A stretch of 64,000 nucleotides of DNA from Acidobacteriota bacterium. Its GTDB lineage: Bacteria; Acidobacteriota; UBA6911; RPQK01; JAJDTT01. Below are positions 26,477-36,739 of this stretch, in pieces (position 1 is the first letter of the stretch; every line of letters begins with the position of its first letter). A program made the translations under genes and the position numbers. The notes beneath the pieces were generated by a model. It worked only from the letters and a program-made list of their open reading frames with translations. It searched no databases and was not told where the DNA came from. Where the stretch lies: NCBI GenBank assembly GCA_965209055.1, contig OZ242374.1, positions 2,816,001-2,880,000 on the forward strand. The letters are read 5' to 3'.

Positions 26477-28336
26477 ATGACCGCATCTGTTCCAAGCCGG
26501 AAAATACCCCGGATCGCCGTCATCCCGGTCGCTCTCGGTCTCTTGACCGGATCGTTGACCCTGGCGAAACCCGACATCGAGATCACCGCGCCGATGCCTC
26601 CGCCGGCGTGGGCCATGGCCCAGTGGGCGCTGATCGATTCCAACGCCGAGGCGGCGTCCGTGGCGGCCGACAAGTACGTCGACGTCCGCGGCTGGATGCG
26701 GATCACCCCCAACTGGGGGGCCATGGACGGCCCCGACGACGTCACCGAAACCTATCGCGATCTGCCCATCCTCTACATGCTGGGGGGGCCGCCCGAGATC
26801 CTGGCTTTGCACAAGAAGATCTGGGAAGGACACCTCGACCAGTTCACGGAAGCCCGGGAACCCCTGGTGGCGGCGGCCAAGGACGGCATGTTCTACCGGG
26901 AGTTCTGTCCGCAACTCGACTGGGAGCACACGGGCGAAGGAATGGCTCCCTGGTACTGGTACGGTCTCGCCCGCCCTCAGGACCCGCAATACCTGATCCG
27001 GGCCCGGCGCTATGCCGGCTTCTACATGGACGAGGACCCCGAGGCTCCCAACTACGACCCGGAGAAAAAGATCATCCGCAGCCTGTTCAACGGAAGCCGG
27101 GGGCCGCTGTTGACGCCGGCCACGGAGTATCACTGGGGTGGGAACCCGCGTCCCCGTCACGACCCCCGTCCGGGGCAACCCCCGAGAACGGAGCGCTGGA
27201 CCCGGATGGGATACACGGTCAACCTGAGCGGCGACCACCCCCAGAACATGCTGGCCACGAACCTGGCCATGACCGCGTACATGTTGACCGGGGAGGAGAA
27301 GTACCGGGACTGGATTCTGGAGTACGTCGACGCCTGGGTCGATCGGGCCGCCCGCAACGGCGGCAACCTTCCCAGCAACATCGGCCTCGACGGGTCCATC
27401 GGAGGGGAGTGGGACGGCAAGTGGTGGGGCGGAGTCTACGGATGGAACTTCCGTCCCAAGTCGGCCGACGGATCGGACAATCCGGGCAACAACTACGTGA
27501 TGCGGGGCGCCCGGGTCGGATTCGGTATCGCGTTCATGCTCACGGGCGACCGCAAGTACGTGGACACGTTGCGAGCGCAGATCGAGAACATGTACGCGGC
27601 GCAGAAGGTCATCGACGGCCGCCTCATGGTCCCGCACAAGTACGGCGACGACGGTTGGTACGCCTACATCGACAACACCTCGCGCCGCGGCGGGAACGTC
27701 AATTTCTGGTCGCTTCCGGAGTTGACCGACATCTACACCTGGACCCTGGAGGAGTCCGACCTGCCCCGGGTCGCGGAAGAGCCCTGGGTCCGGTACCTGC
27801 GGGGTGATGACCCGGACTTTCCCATGGAGGCGATGGCGCATGATCTGGACGTGATCCGGAGGCAGGTCCAAAAGGTGCGGGAGGATAGCCGGACGACGGA
27901 CACCCGGCAGGCTCCCGACATGCCGGTGGTCACCTCCGTCAGCAGCCTCCACAACCTCATGCTCGGGGCCAACGATCCCGGCAGCGGCGGCAACGTGGTG
28001 CACGCGCAGCTTCGCTATTTCGATGCCGGGGAGCGGCGGCCGGGCCTGCCCCGGGGGGTGGGTGCGCTGGTCGAAAAGATCGGTCCCGCCGGCGTCACCC
28101 TCGTCCTGGTCAATACCAACCCGGTGGAGAGCCGCGAGTTGGTGGTTCAGACCGGCGCCTACGCCGAGCACGACGCCGTGGCGGTTACGGTCGATGGCCG
28201 CCGGATCGAAGTGGGGGACTCCAGGTTCACCGTCCGCCTGGACGCCGGCGCCGGTTCACGTCTCTCGATTCAGATGAAGCGCTACGTGAACCCACCGACG
28301 TTCGCGTTTCCGTGGGACCGGAGCGGGGGTCTCTGA
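26477..28336 (+). CDS. Secreted hypothetical protein (619 aa)
   Basis: GGAGG RBS; signal peptide; aromatic-rich; coding-like codon use. Confidence 0.75.
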   Translation: MTASVPSRKIPRIAVIPVALGLLTGSLTLAKPDIEITAPMPPPAWAMAQWALIDSNAEAASVAADKYVDVRGWMRITPNWGAMDGPDDVTETYRDLPILYMLGGPPEILALHKKIWEGHLDQFTEAREPLVAAAKDGMFYREFCPQLDWEHTGEGMAPWYWYGLARPQDPQYLIRARRYAGFYMDEDPEAPNYDPEKKIIRSLFNGSRGPLLTPATEYHWGGNPRPRHDPRPGQPPRTERWTRMGYTVNLSGDHPQNMLATNLAMTAYMLTGEEKYRDWILEYVDAWVDRAARNGGNLPSNIGLDGSIGGEWDGKWWGGVYGWNFRPKSADGSDNPGNNYVMRGARVGFGIAFMLTGDRKYVDTLRAQIENMYAAQKVIDGRLMVPHKYGDDGWYAYIDNTSRRGGNVNFWSLPELTDIYTWTLEESDLPRVAEEPWVRYLRGDDPDFPMEAMAHDLDVIRRQVQKVREDSRTTDTRQAPDMPVVTSVSSLHNLMLGANDPGSGGNVVHAQLRYFDAGERRPGLPRGVGALVEKIGPAGVTLVLVNTNPVESRELVVQTGAYAEHDAVAVTVDGRRIEVGDSRFTVRLDAGAGSRLSIQMKRYVNPPTFAFPWDRSGGL

Positions 28337-28345
28337 CCGCCGAAC

Positions 28346-28475
28346 CGGAGGGGCGGTTTCCAACCGCCCTGTCACCGTATGCAATGAAAAAGTTAGCGCA
28401 GGAAAGATTGGGAGACAGGAATGGGCGACAAGGATGTCGCCCCTCCGAAGGGGGGACAGGAATGGCCCCCCTCCA
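28346..28475. repeat. REP-like palindromes between convergent genes
   Basis: GGGCGGTTTCCAACCGCCC, GGGCGACAAGGATGTCGCCC, GGGGGGACAGGAATGGCCCCCC. Confidence 0.7.
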
Positions 28476-28484
28476 ATCGGAAAA

Positions 28485-30161
28485 CTACTTGATCGCTGCG
28501 GCGTGCCGGCCCGCGGCCGGATCCCCGGCGGCGTGGATGACTCCCTTTTCCTGATCGATGTAGAGCATCACCGGCCGGGCGATGAAGCCGTCGGTGGTGG
28601 TCAGCCGGTGCCCCTTTTGCTTCAATTCCTCCTGGACCTGGCCGCCGACACCGCTGTGGACCCGCAGGCTTCCCGCCTTGACGAATGCCTCGTCACGGTT
28701 CGGATTGGGATCGAAGGAATTCTGGAGGTGGTCCGTGTTGAAGCGGGACGCCGTCACCGCCTGGTCCGGAAGCATGCCGAACTCCACGTGGTTCAACAGC
28801 ACGTTCAGCGTGGTCTGGTCCTGGAGGTCGCCTCCGGCCACGCTGATGGCGATGACCGGCTTGCCGTCCCGGGTGACCAGGGTGGGCGTCAGGGTGATGC
28901 GGGGCCGCTTGCCCGGCTGGATGCGATTGGGATGGCCGCGGGTGGTGTTCAGGCTCCGGAGCCGGTTCCCCGTGGTGACGCCCGAGGGTCCCGGAACGTT
29001 GCCCGAAAGGTTGCAACTGGGGGTGGCGGCCACCACGTTGCCCCACTTGTCCGCCACCACGCAGGTGGTGGTGTCGCTGATGGGAATCTGGTTCGGGTTG
29101 TTGCCGGCCCGCATCATGCCCTTGAGGGGCTTCATGTGGTACGGGTCTCCGGGGCGGCGCTCCAGGGACGCCCGGTTTGGGTCGATCAGTGTGCGGCGGA
29201 CCCGCGCATAGTCCCGGGACAGGAGGGTCTTCATGGGGACCTGGGCGAAGAGGGGGTCGCCGTAATATTCGTCCCGGTCGGCGAAGGCCAGCTTCAACGA
29301 CTCGGTGAGGGTGTGGATGTAGCTGGCGGAGAGATGCCCCATCTGCTTCAGGTCGAACCCCTCCAAGAGCCTCAGGGCCTGGCAGAGGGCCGGTCCCTGG
29401 GTCCAGGACGGGCACTTGTAGACGGTGTATCCCCGGTAGTCCACCGAGACCGGATCTTCGACGCGGGTCACGTGGGCGGCCAGATCCTTCTTTCGGAGGA
29501 AGGAGCCGGTGGCGATGTACCACGCCTCCAACTCGTCGGCCACGTCCCCCTTGTAGAAGCGGTCCCGGGCCGCCGTCAGCTTCTCCTCTCGGGTTCCGGA
29601 AGCCTTCTGTTCCGCTTCAACGAGTTTCCGGAAGGTGACGGCCAACTTGGGATGCCACTCTTCCGATCCGGCGTCCAGGACCTCCAGCACCGGGGCCGAC
29701 GCTTCCTCGAAGGACTTGGTGCCATACAGCTTCAGGGCAGTGATGCAAAGGTCCACGGCCCCGGGCGTCGGCGCGGCCTTCATGCTGCCTTGGGCCGGAA
29801 TGGTGTTGGTGTAGTACCAGTCGATGGCGGCCTGGTCCAGGGGGGCGCGCCCCAGGCCGGAGAGGACCTTCACCTCTTTCTTCTCGGCGTCGTAGATGAG
29901 GAACGGGATCTCGCCTCCGATGGCGAACATCCCGTAGTCGGTCACCGAGAGCGCCAGCAGCGTCGCGGCGGCCGCATCGGCGGCGTTGCCGTCCGCTTCC
30001 AGCATCCGGATGCCGGCCGCCACCGCGTCGGGATGCCCGGCCGCCACGGCGCCTCCCTTGCCCGAGGCCTTCCAAGTGATGTGGCCCGATGCCCAGCCGG
30101 TCGCCAAAAGACACGCCAGGACCCCCGGCAGAATCAACAAAATCAACGTCGAGTTGCGCAT
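28485..30161 (-). CDS. ggt: Gamma-glutamyltransferase family protein
   Basis: GNAADAA, LAFADRD, DTTTCVVAD (Thr nucleophile), PGKRPRITLTP; signal peptide. Confidence 0.88.
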   Translation of the reverse strand: MRNSTLILLILPGVLACLLATGWASGHITWKASGKGGAVAAGHPDAVAAGIRMLEADGNAADAAAATLLALSVTDYGMFAIGGEIPFLIYDAEKKEVKVLSGLGRAPLDQAAIDWYYTNTIPAQGSMKAAPTPGAVDLCITALKLYGTKSFEEASAPVLEVLDAGSEEWHPKLAVTFRKLVEAEQKASGTREEKLTAARDRFYKGDVADELEAWYIATGSFLRKKDLAAHVTRVEDPVSVDYRGYTVYKCPSWTQGPALCQALRLLEGFDLKQMGHLSASYIHTLTESLKLAFADRDEYYGDPLFAQVPMKTLLSRDYARVRRTLIDPNRASLERRPGDPYHMKPLKGMMRAGNNPNQIPISDTTTCVVADKWGNVVAATPSCNLSGNVPGPSGVTTGNRLRSLNTTRGHPNRIQPGKRPRITLTPTLVTRDGKPVIAISVAGGDLQDQTTLNVLLNHVEFGMLPDQAVTASRFNTDHLQNSFDPNPNRDEAFVKAGSLRVHSGVGGQVQEELKQKGHRLTTTDGFIARPVMLYIDQEKGVIHAAGDPAAGRHAAAIK

Positions 30162-30270
30162 GATCCAATCTCCCATCCGGTTCCGGTTGTACACCAGGAG
30201 ACGGGCTCCGGCAAGATAGGAGCTTCCCCACCCGGCCCATGCCCGGCGAAATGCCGACAGAAAAAGGATG

Positions 30271-30375
30271 GGCGCGGCGGTTTCCTAACCGCCGAACTGG
30301 AGCGGCGATTTCCAATCGCCGAACTCCTGACTGACAAACTTGGCGACGAAGACTGGGTGATTGGAAATCGTTCCT
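30271..30375. repeat. Triple REP unit (GGCGGTTTCC(T)AACCGCC family)
   Basis: Reverse complement aligns over ~105 bp with 62516-62620. Confidence 0.8.
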
Positions 30376-30632
30376 TTTTCTCGGAAGCTTACTCACCGGC
30401 CCGATCCGGCGGATGCCTGGGAGAATCAGGCGTCGTGTTCATCCGGCTCCGTCTTCCCCTGCGTGTCCATCTCAATTGCCGAGTCGTCTGGGCGTAATCG
30501 ACCAGTCTGTCTTCACTCTTTCGTCACTCCTCTTTACTCTTTCGTCAGTTTCTTAGAAGCTTCCCTATCGGCCCGGGACGGCGGACGCCCGGCAGAAAAA
30601 GGAAAGGAGCGGCGGCGTCCGGGTCGCGTCCT

Positions 30633-32678
30633 ATGCTTAGATTCGCCGAAGAACTGATTTTCCTCCTGCTCGACAAGGACACCGGCGCGCTCGCCCCGAT
30701 TCCGGATCGATCCCTGCGGTGCGCCCTCGCCGGGTCCGTGCTGATGGACTTGGCGCTGGAGAATCGCATCGATACCGATCTTGAGCGCCTCTTCCTGGTC
30801 GATTCCACCCCCGTTGGCGACGACCTGCTCGATCCCTGCCTAAGGTCGATCGCTTCGGCCGCCGAGACCCGGGACCCGGCCTACTGGATCGACCGCATGG
30901 CCGAACCGGCGCATGCGGACCAGGTGCAGAGGAGGGCTTTCGACCGTCTCGTCGAGCGGGGCATCGTGGAGCGAGAGACGGGAGGACTGCTTGCGGTGAC
31001 ACGCAGGGTCGTCCGGTCGCGCCGGTATCCACAGGTGGACGGCGACGCCGGACGTGAAGTCGAACTGCGGCTCATGACCGGTCTCTTCTCGGAGGAGGTT
31101 CCGGCTCCCCGGGATGTCATGTTGATCGCGCTCGTGAATGCTTGCGGGATCTTCGGACGGTTGCTCTCACCCGGAGAAATGGCCGAGGTCCGGGACCGGA
31201 TCGAACTCATCTGCAAGATGGAATTGATCGGCCGGACGGTCTTCGCAGCGATCCGCAAGGCGGGCGTTCCCGGCGTCGAGTCCGTCAGGCGGCGGAGGCC
31301 GGCCCTGAGTTCCCCGGCGGCTCGGACTCGGGCGCTGGCCGCCATACCCCGCGCCGACGGGGGTGGACTCCCTATCGTGGGCAACGCGTTCGGAATGATG
31401 GGAGATCCGGTACCCTACCTCGCCCGGCAATACCGCGAAATCGGACCGGTCTTCCGCCTCCGCGCGTTTTCGCACTCGTTCACGGTCCTCGCAGGTGCGG
31501 AAGCCAACATGTTCCTCCAGCGCCACGGCAGGCTGCACCTTCGCAATGTTGAATTCTACTCCGGTATGACTCGGGCCCTGGGCGCTCACCGGTTCGTCCT
31601 CGGGATGGACGGCGCCGAACATTTCCGCCTCCGCAAGGCTCTGGGGAACGGCTATTCGCGAAGGTATTTCCTCGACCGCATCGATGACGCAATCGAGATC
31701 GTGGCCCGGGAGATCGGCGACCTGCCCGAGCGCGTGCCGGTGACGGCCTTGCCGGTGTTGCAACGCACCATCGCCAAGCAAATCGGAGTGCTCTGTACCG
31801 GTGTCCAGACAGACGAGTATCAAAGGGACCTCCTTGCATACGTGGACCGGATGATCGCGGTCACGACGAGGCGCCGTCCGGGGTTCACGATGCGAACGCC
31901 GCGCATGCGGCGCTTGCGCGCCCGGATGGAAGCACTGTGCGAGCACCTCGTGAGATTGCACGAAGCCGACCGGCCCCGCGGGAAGGCGAATCTGATCGAC
32001 GATGTCTTGGCGCTGCACCGGGCCGATCCGCAGTTCCTGCCCGAAACGGAACTGGTGTCCGCCTGCATCGGACCTTTCATCGCCGGCCTGCACACCGCAG
32101 CCAGCGTCGCCACATGTATGCTGTATGCGCTGCTCAAGCACCCCGAGACGCTGGCGCGGATGCTCCCCGAGGTGGACGAGCTGTTCGCCGGCGGCGGCCC
32201 CACGGCCGGGAAGCTGCACGCGATGGATGTCACCCACCGCGTGGTGATGGAGACCCTGCGGCTATATCGAGTCGCACCGGTGCTGGTGCGCACGGTGGTC
32301 AACACCTTCGAGTTTGCAGGGTTTCTGATCCCGGCTGGCACGACGGTCATGTTCGCCACCACCGTGCCGCATGTCCTGCCGGAATACTTCCCCGACCCGG
32401 AACGGTTCGACATCGACCGCTACGCGCGGGAACGCGCCGAACACAGGGTGCCGGGAGTATACGCACCTTTCGGCTTGGGCACGCACCGCTGCCTGGGCAG
32501 CGGCTTCGCGGAGGTCAGCCTGGTGCTGACGCTCGCGGCCATACTGCACGGGGCCGAAATCACCATGCATCCGCCCAGCTATCGACTGAAGATGAGCTAT
32601 TCTACGGTGCGTCTCCGAAATCCAGCTTCAAGATCGTCATTACCCGCCGCCACTGAGATGCCTCGCCGCCAATCATGA
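30633..32678 (+). CDS. GOLPH3/VPS74 (GPP34) domain fused to cytochrome P450
   Basis: N-term AEELIFLLLD...LAGSVLMDLALENRI; C-term AGLHT, ETLR, FPDPERFD, FGLGTHRCLG heme motif. Confidence 0.85.
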   Translation: MLRFAEELIFLLLDKDTGALAPIPDRSLRCALAGSVLMDLALENRIDTDLERLFLVDSTPVGDDLLDPCLRSIASAAETRDPAYWIDRMAEPAHADQVQRRAFDRLVERGIVERETGGLLAVTRRVVRSRRYPQVDGDAGREVELRLMTGLFSEEVPAPRDVMLIALVNACGIFGRLLSPGEMAEVRDRIELICKMELIGRTVFAAIRKAGVPGVESVRRRRPALSSPAARTRALAAIPRADGGGLPIVGNAFGMMGDPVPYLARQYREIGPVFRLRAFSHSFTVLAGAEANMFLQRHGRLHLRNVEFYSGMTRALGAHRFVLGMDGAEHFRLRKALGNGYSRRYFLDRIDDAIEIVAREIGDLPERVPVTALPVLQRTIAKQIGVLCTGVQTDEYQRDLLAYVDRMIAVTTRRRPGFTMRTPRMRRLRARMEALCEHLVRLHEADRPRGKANLIDDVLALHRADPQFLPETELVSACIGPFIAGLHTAASVATCMLYALLKHPETLARMLPEVDELFAGGGPTAGKLHAMDVTHRVVMETLRLYRVAPVLVRTVVNTFEFAGFLIPAGTTVMFATTVPHVLPEYFPDPERFDIDRYARERAEHRVPGVYAPFGLGTHRCLGSGFAEVSLVLTLAAILHGAEITMHPPSYRLKMSYSTVRLRNPASRSSLPAATEMPRRQS

Positions 32679-32690
32679 GGAATTTCGGGC

Positions 32691-33806
32691 ATGGCCAACT
32701 CCAGCGAATCTCAACCGCATCTGTTCGCAACCTCGCCGCTGTCCCTCTGGTGGAGCCTCATACGAGAATATGGCGGTGTCGAGCGGCGGTACTGGGGAAA
32801 GTTTGCGGGCATATTAGCGACGAGTACCCTCACGGCACCGTTGCGGCTCCTTGAGAGGCTTCGCTACGGCCTCCTGGTGGCGCGCACGGAGCTCCGCCGA
32901 CCGCCGATCTTCATTCAGGGCTTTGCACGCTCCGGCACCACCCACCTTCACAACCTGATGGCGCATGATCCCGATCTGGGGTACGTGTCGACTTTTCATG
33001 CAGTCGCGGCCCCCTTCTTCCTGATCTCGCGCGGGTGGCTGGAGCGGCTCTTGGCCGGACGGCTCCCGTCGAAACGCCCGATGGACAATGTTGCGGTTTC
33101 CCTGGGCCTCCCCCAGGAAGAGGAATTGGCCGTTGCCGCCGTGTCCCGGCTTTCGGCCGTGCACCAGCTCTCGTTTCCGGGGCGGGCGAGGGAAATCGTG
33201 GCGAAGATGGGGGCCATGCGGCTGACCGAGGCCGAGATGAGGGAGTGGCGGGACAGCTATCTGCACGTGCTGCGCAAGGCCACGCTGGCTTCGGAGGGAC
33301 GCCGGCTGGTGCTCAAGTCGCCAGCCAACCTGGGCCGGACCGCCTTGCTGCGCCGACTGTTTCCCGACGCGAAGTTCATCTTCGTCGTGCGCAATCCGTA
33401 TGTCGTGTTCCTTTCCACGATGAAGCTCTTCCGTACTCTGATTCCCATGTACCGGCTTCAGGATGTGGACTGGGACGATATCGAGACCTCGGTGTTTTCC
33501 AACTACGTTGAAATGACCCGCCGGTACATGCACGACCGGGCGTCGATACCGAAGGGGAACCTGATCGAAGTGCACTTCGAGGACATCGAGGCGGACGCGA
33601 TGGGCGTCCTGGAACGCATCTATGCGGCGTTGAGTTTGCCGGGTTGGGACCAGGCGCGAGAGCCTGTCGCAAAATACCTCGGGACATTGTCCGGCTACCG
33701 TAAGAACCGTTATCTGTTCGATCGGCCCTTGATTGACAAGGTGGACCGGGAGTGGGGGTTCGCCGTGCGTGAATGGGGCTACGAACCGCCGAACACAATG
33801 GACTGA
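32691..33806 (+). CDS. PAPS-dependent sulfotransferase (Stf3-like)
   Basis: GFARSGTTHLHNL, RPMDN..PQEEE, LKSP, VRNPY. Confidence 0.85.
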   Translation: MANSSESQPHLFATSPLSLWWSLIREYGGVERRYWGKFAGILATSTLTAPLRLLERLRYGLLVARTELRRPPIFIQGFARSGTTHLHNLMAHDPDLGYVSTFHAVAAPFFLISRGWLERLLAGRLPSKRPMDNVAVSLGLPQEEELAVAAVSRLSAVHQLSFPGRAREIVAKMGAMRLTEAEMREWRDSYLHVLRKATLASEGRRLVLKSPANLGRTALLRRLFPDAKFIFVVRNPYVVFLSTMKLFRTLIPMYRLQDVDWDDIETSVFSNYVEMTRRYMHDRASIPKGNLIEVHFEDIEADAMGVLERIYAALSLPGWDQAREPVAKYLGTLSGYRKNRYLFDRPLIDKVDREWGFAVREWGYEPPNTMD

Positions 33807-33913
33807 CCGCGGCGATAGGGCATCTGTCGCCCGCTTCGGTTGCCAGCTATCCCTGGCCATTGGCCACGCTTGGAACGAAAGATACCCCGGCGTGGGGGAC
33901 AAGAAAGTCCCCC

Positions 33914-35449
33914 CTAGCGAAACCGAATCGAGTAGAGGTCGGCGTCCTGCATGACGAACCGGAGCCGAATCGGCTTGCCCGAGAGCGGGCCGACGCCGGG
34001 ACCCTTCTTCCAATGAACCACCCGTTCCAGATGATCCCCGAAGATCTCGGGACAGTCGTCCAAAGTGTAGCCGGGGAGCGGTTTCCCCCCGGCGTCCTGG
34101 ATCTCCACCCGGACGCTCCCGGCGACCGACGTGGAGAAGTTCATCTCCAGCCGATCGCCGTCGAACACCAGGGGCCGGGTGGTGAACTCGCCACCCTTGG
34201 CGGGAGCGTTGACGGAGACGAAACCGTCCACCCGAAGGACGAAACGGCGCAGATTGGTGTATGCCCCCCGCCAGTAGTGCTCCGTGGCGTAGATGGAAAT
34301 CTCGTCGGGTGCGCCCGGCAGGTCCGACTCGGTCTCGATCAGCCCCCAGTTCTGGTAGTTGTCGCCGTAAACCCAATTGTCGGTGTAGCGCAGTCCCGGA
34401 CGGATGAAGGCTTCCCCCCAGCGATGGAACTCCTGGCCGTCGCGGCTGCTCATGAAGAGCCCGTCGGTCAGGGCGGTCCCGTACCGCTCCGAACTCACCT
34501 TTCTACCCGATGCTGTGGTGTAGTTGCGGACGTTGGCCCGGGCCAGGCGCTCCTCCAGCTCCGGTAGCGCCCTCATGGCGTCGGACCAGCCCCGGTCCAG
34601 GTAGCGGGCCGGAAAGCCCAGGTAGATGTGGGGCGCCCGGTAGTAGGGAATGATGTTGTTGGTGTAGAGCTGCTCGGGCGGCGCCCCGGGGTATTCCAAC
34701 CACTCCCCCGGCGTCCAATGGACGAAATCGTGGGAGATGGCGGTCTTGATGTCCCGGAGGCCGTCCCTGAAATCCCGGTAGTAGGCCCGGTAATGGCCCT
34801 TCCGGTGGTCCCAGAAAGCCAGGTTGTGGCTGTCGAACGCCCCGTCGGTCAGGACCGGCTCGTCTTGGACCGGGGACCAGCGGATGCCGTCCGCCGACTG
34901 GGCGGCCATGAGTCCGCCGTTGCCGTTGTAGAAAGCCTTGTATCGCGCCTCCGGGGCGCAATCGGGATTCGTGTCCTTGAACGCGCCCCAATTGTCCAGG
35001 TTCTCACTGGCCCAGACGATGTTGTTCCGCTTGGAGCCGTTGAACTCGAACCGTCCCACGTCCGGTCTGACCCAGTTCTTGCCGTCCTTGCTCTCGGCGT
35101 AGCCGATGAAGACGTCGTGGACGGGAATGCTCGAAGGCTCGTGGGCCCAGGAGTCGTAATACATCCGGAAGAGGTCGCCATCGCGAAAGATGGAGTAGTA
35201 GTTGCAGCCATTCCCCTCCCAGAGCTTGTCGTGGTGCAAGACGATCTCTTTGGGCATGGGATGGTGCATTTGCAGGCGGACTCCGGACTGCTCCTGGATC
35301 AGGAAGCCGTCGACGAACAACTCGCGCTTCGAGCCCATGTCGTAGGCGGATTGCTCCCCCGCCGCGCTGGGAATCCAAAGCTCCAGAACGAAGATGAGGA
35401 CCGCGAGGCTCCGGAATGCGGTTCGACAGGCCAAGTTGCTTGAGATCAT
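33914..35449 (-). CDS. Secreted beta-propeller glycoside hydrolase-like protein, paralogue 3
   Basis: GGAGG before ATG 35449; same motif series (ELFVDG, YAESKDG, FDSHN, LRVDGF). Confidence 0.7.
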   Translation of the reverse strand: MISSNLACRTAFRSLAVLIFVLELWIPSAAGEQSAYDMGSKRELFVDGFLIQEQSGVRLQMHHPMPKEIVLHHDKLWEGNGCNYYSIFRDGDLFRMYYDSWAHEPSSIPVHDVFIGYAESKDGKNWVRPDVGRFEFNGSKRNNIVWASENLDNWGAFKDTNPDCAPEARYKAFYNGNGGLMAAQSADGIRWSPVQDEPVLTDGAFDSHNLAFWDHRKGHYRAYYRDFRDGLRDIKTAISHDFVHWTPGEWLEYPGAPPEQLYTNNIIPYYRAPHIYLGFPARYLDRGWSDAMRALPELEERLARANVRNYTTASGRKVSSERYGTALTDGLFMSSRDGQEFHRWGEAFIRPGLRYTDNWVYGDNYQNWGLIETESDLPGAPDEISIYATEHYWRGAYTNLRRFVLRVDGFVSVNAPAKGGEFTTRPLVFDGDRLEMNFSTSVAGSVRVEIQDAGGKPLPGYTLDDCPEIFGDHLERVVHWKKGPGVGPLSGKPIRLRFVMQDADLYSIRFR

Positions 35450-35545
35450 CGACTTCCTCCCCGGCTGTTCCAAGCCCTTATCGTACACGTCCGGCTGCCG
35501 GCAATTCGCTCAAATGCCAGTTCGTAATTCTTGATTGCCGCCAGT

Positions 35546-36679
35546 ATGATGGCGCGCATGAACGTGGGGGTGGTGGGCGCCGGCATTTTCGGTCTGGCGG
35601 CAGCGCTGGAGCTTCGAGACCGGGGCCACCGGGTGACCGTTCTGGAGCAGGAAGGGATTCCGGGACCCCGGGCCAGTTCCAACGACGTCTCCAAGGTCAT
35701 TCGCCGCATCGGCTACCAGCACGAGACCTACGTCGAGCTGGTCGAACGCGCCGAGCGCCGGTGGAGGGCGTGGCAGGAACAGATGGGCGGGTCGTTCCTC
35801 TTCCGGACAGGACAGGTGTCGATCGTCAGCGGCTCCTCCCACTACATTTCCCACTATCGGACCTGGTCGGGCCCCGACCTGACCGAGGACAGCTCCCAAT
35901 ACCTGACTGTGCAGGAAGCCCGCGTCCGGTTCCCCCATTTCCATTTCCATGACGACGACAAGGTTCGCTACGACCCTTGGACCGGTTACCTTCGCAGCGG
36001 ACAGGCAGTGGCCGATCTGTCCGGTCTGGCCCAGGCCCGGGGCGTGGAGATCCGATCCGAGTCTCCGGTCACTGAACTGGAAGATACCGAAAACGGAGTC
36101 CGTCTCCGGTGCGGTGGCCAGACCCTGCTCTTCGATCGGGTCGTGGCGGCCGCGGGCGCCTGGATCGTCCGTCTCTGGCCGGCGCTTGCCGAATCCCTCT
36201 ACCTGACCCGCAACCAGATGGCGTTTTTCGTCCCCCGGGACCCGGAGCTCTTCAGCCGGCAGAACCTGCCGGTCTGGTCCGTGAACACGGGGAAGGAGGC
36301 CTGGTACGGGTTTCCCATGCTGTTGGAGGGCTACGTCAAGGTCGCCGACGATCTCAAGGTGGACGAGACCCACCCGGAAGTGGAGCGGACCAACACCCGG
36401 CGCTTTCTCGAAATGGTCTCCCGATTCATCGAGGAGCGCATGCCCGGACTGCGCGGCGCCGAGATGGTGGGCGGGCGTTCCTGCCTGTACACCAACACTC
36501 CCGACGACCATTTCGTCATCGACTGGGCCCCGGGCGCCCGGCGGATCCTGATCGCCGGTTGCGGCAGTGGCCACGGCTTCAAGTTCGGCGGCTCCATCGG
36601 CCCCGTCATCGCCGATGCTTTGGAGGAGAAGCACAATCCCCTGGGAGAACTGTTCCGGATCGGCGCCCGTTTCGATTAA
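35546..36679 (+). CDS. FAD-dependent oxidoreductase, sarcosine oxidase/SolA-like
   Basis: VVGAGIFG, SSNDVSKVIR, CLYTNTPDDHFVID, SGHGFKFG. Confidence 0.88.
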   Translation: MMARMNVGVVGAGIFGLAAALELRDRGHRVTVLEQEGIPGPRASSNDVSKVIRRIGYQHETYVELVERAERRWRAWQEQMGGSFLFRTGQVSIVSGSSHYISHYRTWSGPDLTEDSSQYLTVQEARVRFPHFHFHDDDKVRYDPWTGYLRSGQAVADLSGLAQARGVEIRSESPVTELEDTENGVRLRCGGQTLLFDRVVAAAGAWIVRLWPALAESLYLTRNQMAFFVPRDPELFSRQNLPVWSVNTGKEAWYGFPMLLEGYVKVADDLKVDETHPEVERTNTRRFLEMVSRFIEERMPGLRGAEMVGGRSCLYTNTPDDHFVIDWAPGARRILIAGCGSGHGFKFGGSIGPVIADALEEKHNPLGELFRIGARFD

Positions 36680-36739
36680 GAACCGCTTCGAAACGAGTTC
36701 CATGGCAACGCGGGGGAATTCGTCACGAAAGGGCATGAA

